Shown here: positions 56,717 through 57,633 of the stretch, piece by piece | How positions within the stretch are numbered: position 1 is the first letter of the stretch | Layout of the letters: the number at the start of each line of letters is the position of its first letter | Source of the DNA: an uncultured Bifidobacterium sp. | GTDB taxonomy: Bacteria; Actinomycetota; Thermoleophilia; Miltoncostaeales; Miltoncostaeaceae | Direction: 5' to 3' | DNA: 57,633 nt | Assembly: GCA_964514615.1 (NCBI GenBank) | Contig: CAZEUE010000001.1 | Coordinates: forward strand, 1-57,633 | Notes under the pieces: generated by a model | What the model saw: only the letters and a program-made list of their open reading frames with translations | Database searches by the model: none | What the model was told of the DNA's origin: nothing | Translations under genes and position numbers: made by a program

Positions 56717-57015
56717 TGCGGGGGGATGACGGGCAGTCCGGTGGCGTGCTGCACCGTTCCCGCACGGTGGTAGCGCAGGTCCACCACGTCCGCCTGCTGG
56801 TCGCTGTACACCCCCACCCCGGCGAGCATGGCCATCCGTCGTCCGAAACCGCGCTTGGCCCGTGGCGTGGCGGGCACGAGGGGGGTCGTGAACCTGAGCC
56901 ACCGGCCCTCCACCGTGTAGTCGGCGCCCTCCTCCCGCGGGGCGCCGTTCACCCACACCTGGAATGGGGGCTCCGCGCCCTCGGGCAGTGCGACGCTCCA
57001 GACCGGGTCATCCAT
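56713..57015 (-). CDS. Hypothetical small protein (100 aa)
   Basis: ATG 57015. I recognise no motifs, but it is translationally coupled to the downstream GGDEF gene. Confidence 0.4.
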   Translation of the reverse strand: MDDPVWSVALPEGAEPPFQVWVNGAPREEGADYTVEGRWLRFTTPLVPATPRAKRGFGRRMAMLAGVGVYSDQQADVVDLRYHRAGTVQHATGLPVIPPQ

Positions 57016-57046
57016 CGGCGCGATGCTACCGATGCGCCGGCACGGG

Positions 57047-57052
57047 TAGGCT
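57047..57052 (+). promoter_or_regulatory. Candidate -10 hexamer for a leaderless cupin transcript
   Basis: TAGGCT (a TANNNT match) ends 6 nt before ATG 57059, and there is no SD. Confidence 0.25.
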
Positions 57053-57058
57053 TGCCGC

Positions 57059-57562
57059 ATGCGCCGCTTCGTGCCCCCCGCCATCGCGGGCCTTGCCCTC
57101 GTCGCCGCGGCCGCGGGCACGGCATGGGGCATCCCCACCGAGGGTGCCCAGCGGCTCGACGTGGCCGAGGGCCGCGCGGCGGGCGCCGGGGGCCAGGGGC
57201 TGGCCATGTATCGGGTCACCATCCCCCGGGGCACCACGCTTGACTGGCACTACCACCCGGGCACCCAGGTGGCGTGGATCATGCGCGGGAAGCTCCTGTA
57301 CTCGGTGGTGAAGGGCACGGCCTTCGAGACCATCCCCCGCCCGGGCGGCCCGCCCCGGCGCATCCCCATCCGGGCAGGCACCCGCGCCGTGATCGAGCAG
57401 GGCCATGGGCTGCTCGAACCGCGCGGCATGCAGCACTATGCGTCCACGCCGTACGGCCAGGTGATCACCATCGTCACCGTGCTCAAGCCGCCGCGGATGC
57501 TCGGCACCATCAACATCGCCCCCGCCGCGGACAGCCCGTTCCCCCCGTCGGCGCCCCGATAG
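57059..57562 (+). CDS. Secreted cupin domain protein
   Basis: A signal peptide (MRRFVPPAIAGLALVAAAAGTAWG) is followed by the cupin-like motif LDWHYHPG...(about 50 aa)...HY. Confidence 0.6.
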   Translation: MRRFVPPAIAGLALVAAAAGTAWGIPTEGAQRLDVAEGRAAGAGGQGLAMYRVTIPRGTTLDWHYHPGTQVAWIMRGKLLYSVVKGTAFETIPRPGGPPRRIPIRAGTRAVIEQGHGLLEPRGMQHYASTPYGQVITIVTVLKPPRMLGTINIAPAADSPFPPSAPR

Positions 57563-57580
57563 GCGCCGGGAGGGGCACAG

Positions 57581-57633
57581 CACGCGCGGCAGGATTCGAA
57601 CCTGCGACCCCTGGCTCCGGAGGCCAGTGCTCT
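57581..57633 (-). tRNA. tRNA-Arg (anticodon CCG), 3' two-thirds; the 5' part lies outside the window
   Basis: The reverse complement reads ...GAGCA CUGGC CUCCGGA GCCAG GGGUC GCAGG UUCGAAU CCUGC CGCGCGU G. This gives an anticodon stem-loop with U33-CCG-G37, a T arm with the GGUUCGAAUCC box, a 7-nt acceptor strand and a discriminator. CCA is not encoded. Confidence 0.85.

Noticed and set aside
57563-57633. tRNA-Arg as the attachment site of an integrated element
   Set aside because: No integrase, direct repeat of the tRNA 3' end or phage/ICE genes occur in the adjacent 10 kb inside the window. The other flank is outside the window, so this cannot be assessed.

Overview
This is a very GC-rich (by eye about 70% or more), almost fully coding bacterial chromosomal segment. 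I call 57 CDS, one SAM-I riboswitch and one truncated tRNA-Arg(CCG) at the right edge. I saw no rRNA, CRISPR array, transposase, integrase or phage genes. The backbone is a mosaic of housekeeping blocks whose order matches Actinomycetota (and partly Firmicutes): pepP-efp-accB-accC-nusB; dxs-tlyA-nadK-recN-pyrG-M20 peptidase-Nudix; xseA-xseB; pdxS-pdxT-yebC-ruvC-ruvA-ruvB; and yajC-secDF-phasin-like-UbiB kinase-recJ-rel. Many neighbours are translationally coupled through ATGA/GTGA overlaps. Between these blocks sit small accessory inserts: an orphan acetolactate decarboxylase, an ABC exporter plus O-methyltransferase operon, DksA/TraR, CtaA, a membrane protein-MntH-CopCD operon, a repeat-rich secreted protein, a hydantoinase pair, zinc-ribbon/SPOR proteins and c-di-GMP enzymes. 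I do not see a clear defence-island-type novel system. The best candidates for a second look are three. (1) A SAM-I riboswitch drives a threonine-synthase-like PLP enzyme plus a ThiS/MoaD-type GG-ended sulfur carrier, which looks like sulfur-carrier-dependent homocysteine synthesis. (2) An AccB-type biotin carrier is fused to an OadA/PycB-like carboxyltransferase region that appears to have lost its metal ligands. (3) MntH is translationally coupled to a CopC-CopD fusion beside heme A synthase. All homology calls are by-eye motif recognition with no searches run, and start codons are the least certain part of the coordinates. The many long R/G/A/P-rich ORFs antisense to recognisable genes are treated as GC artefacts.
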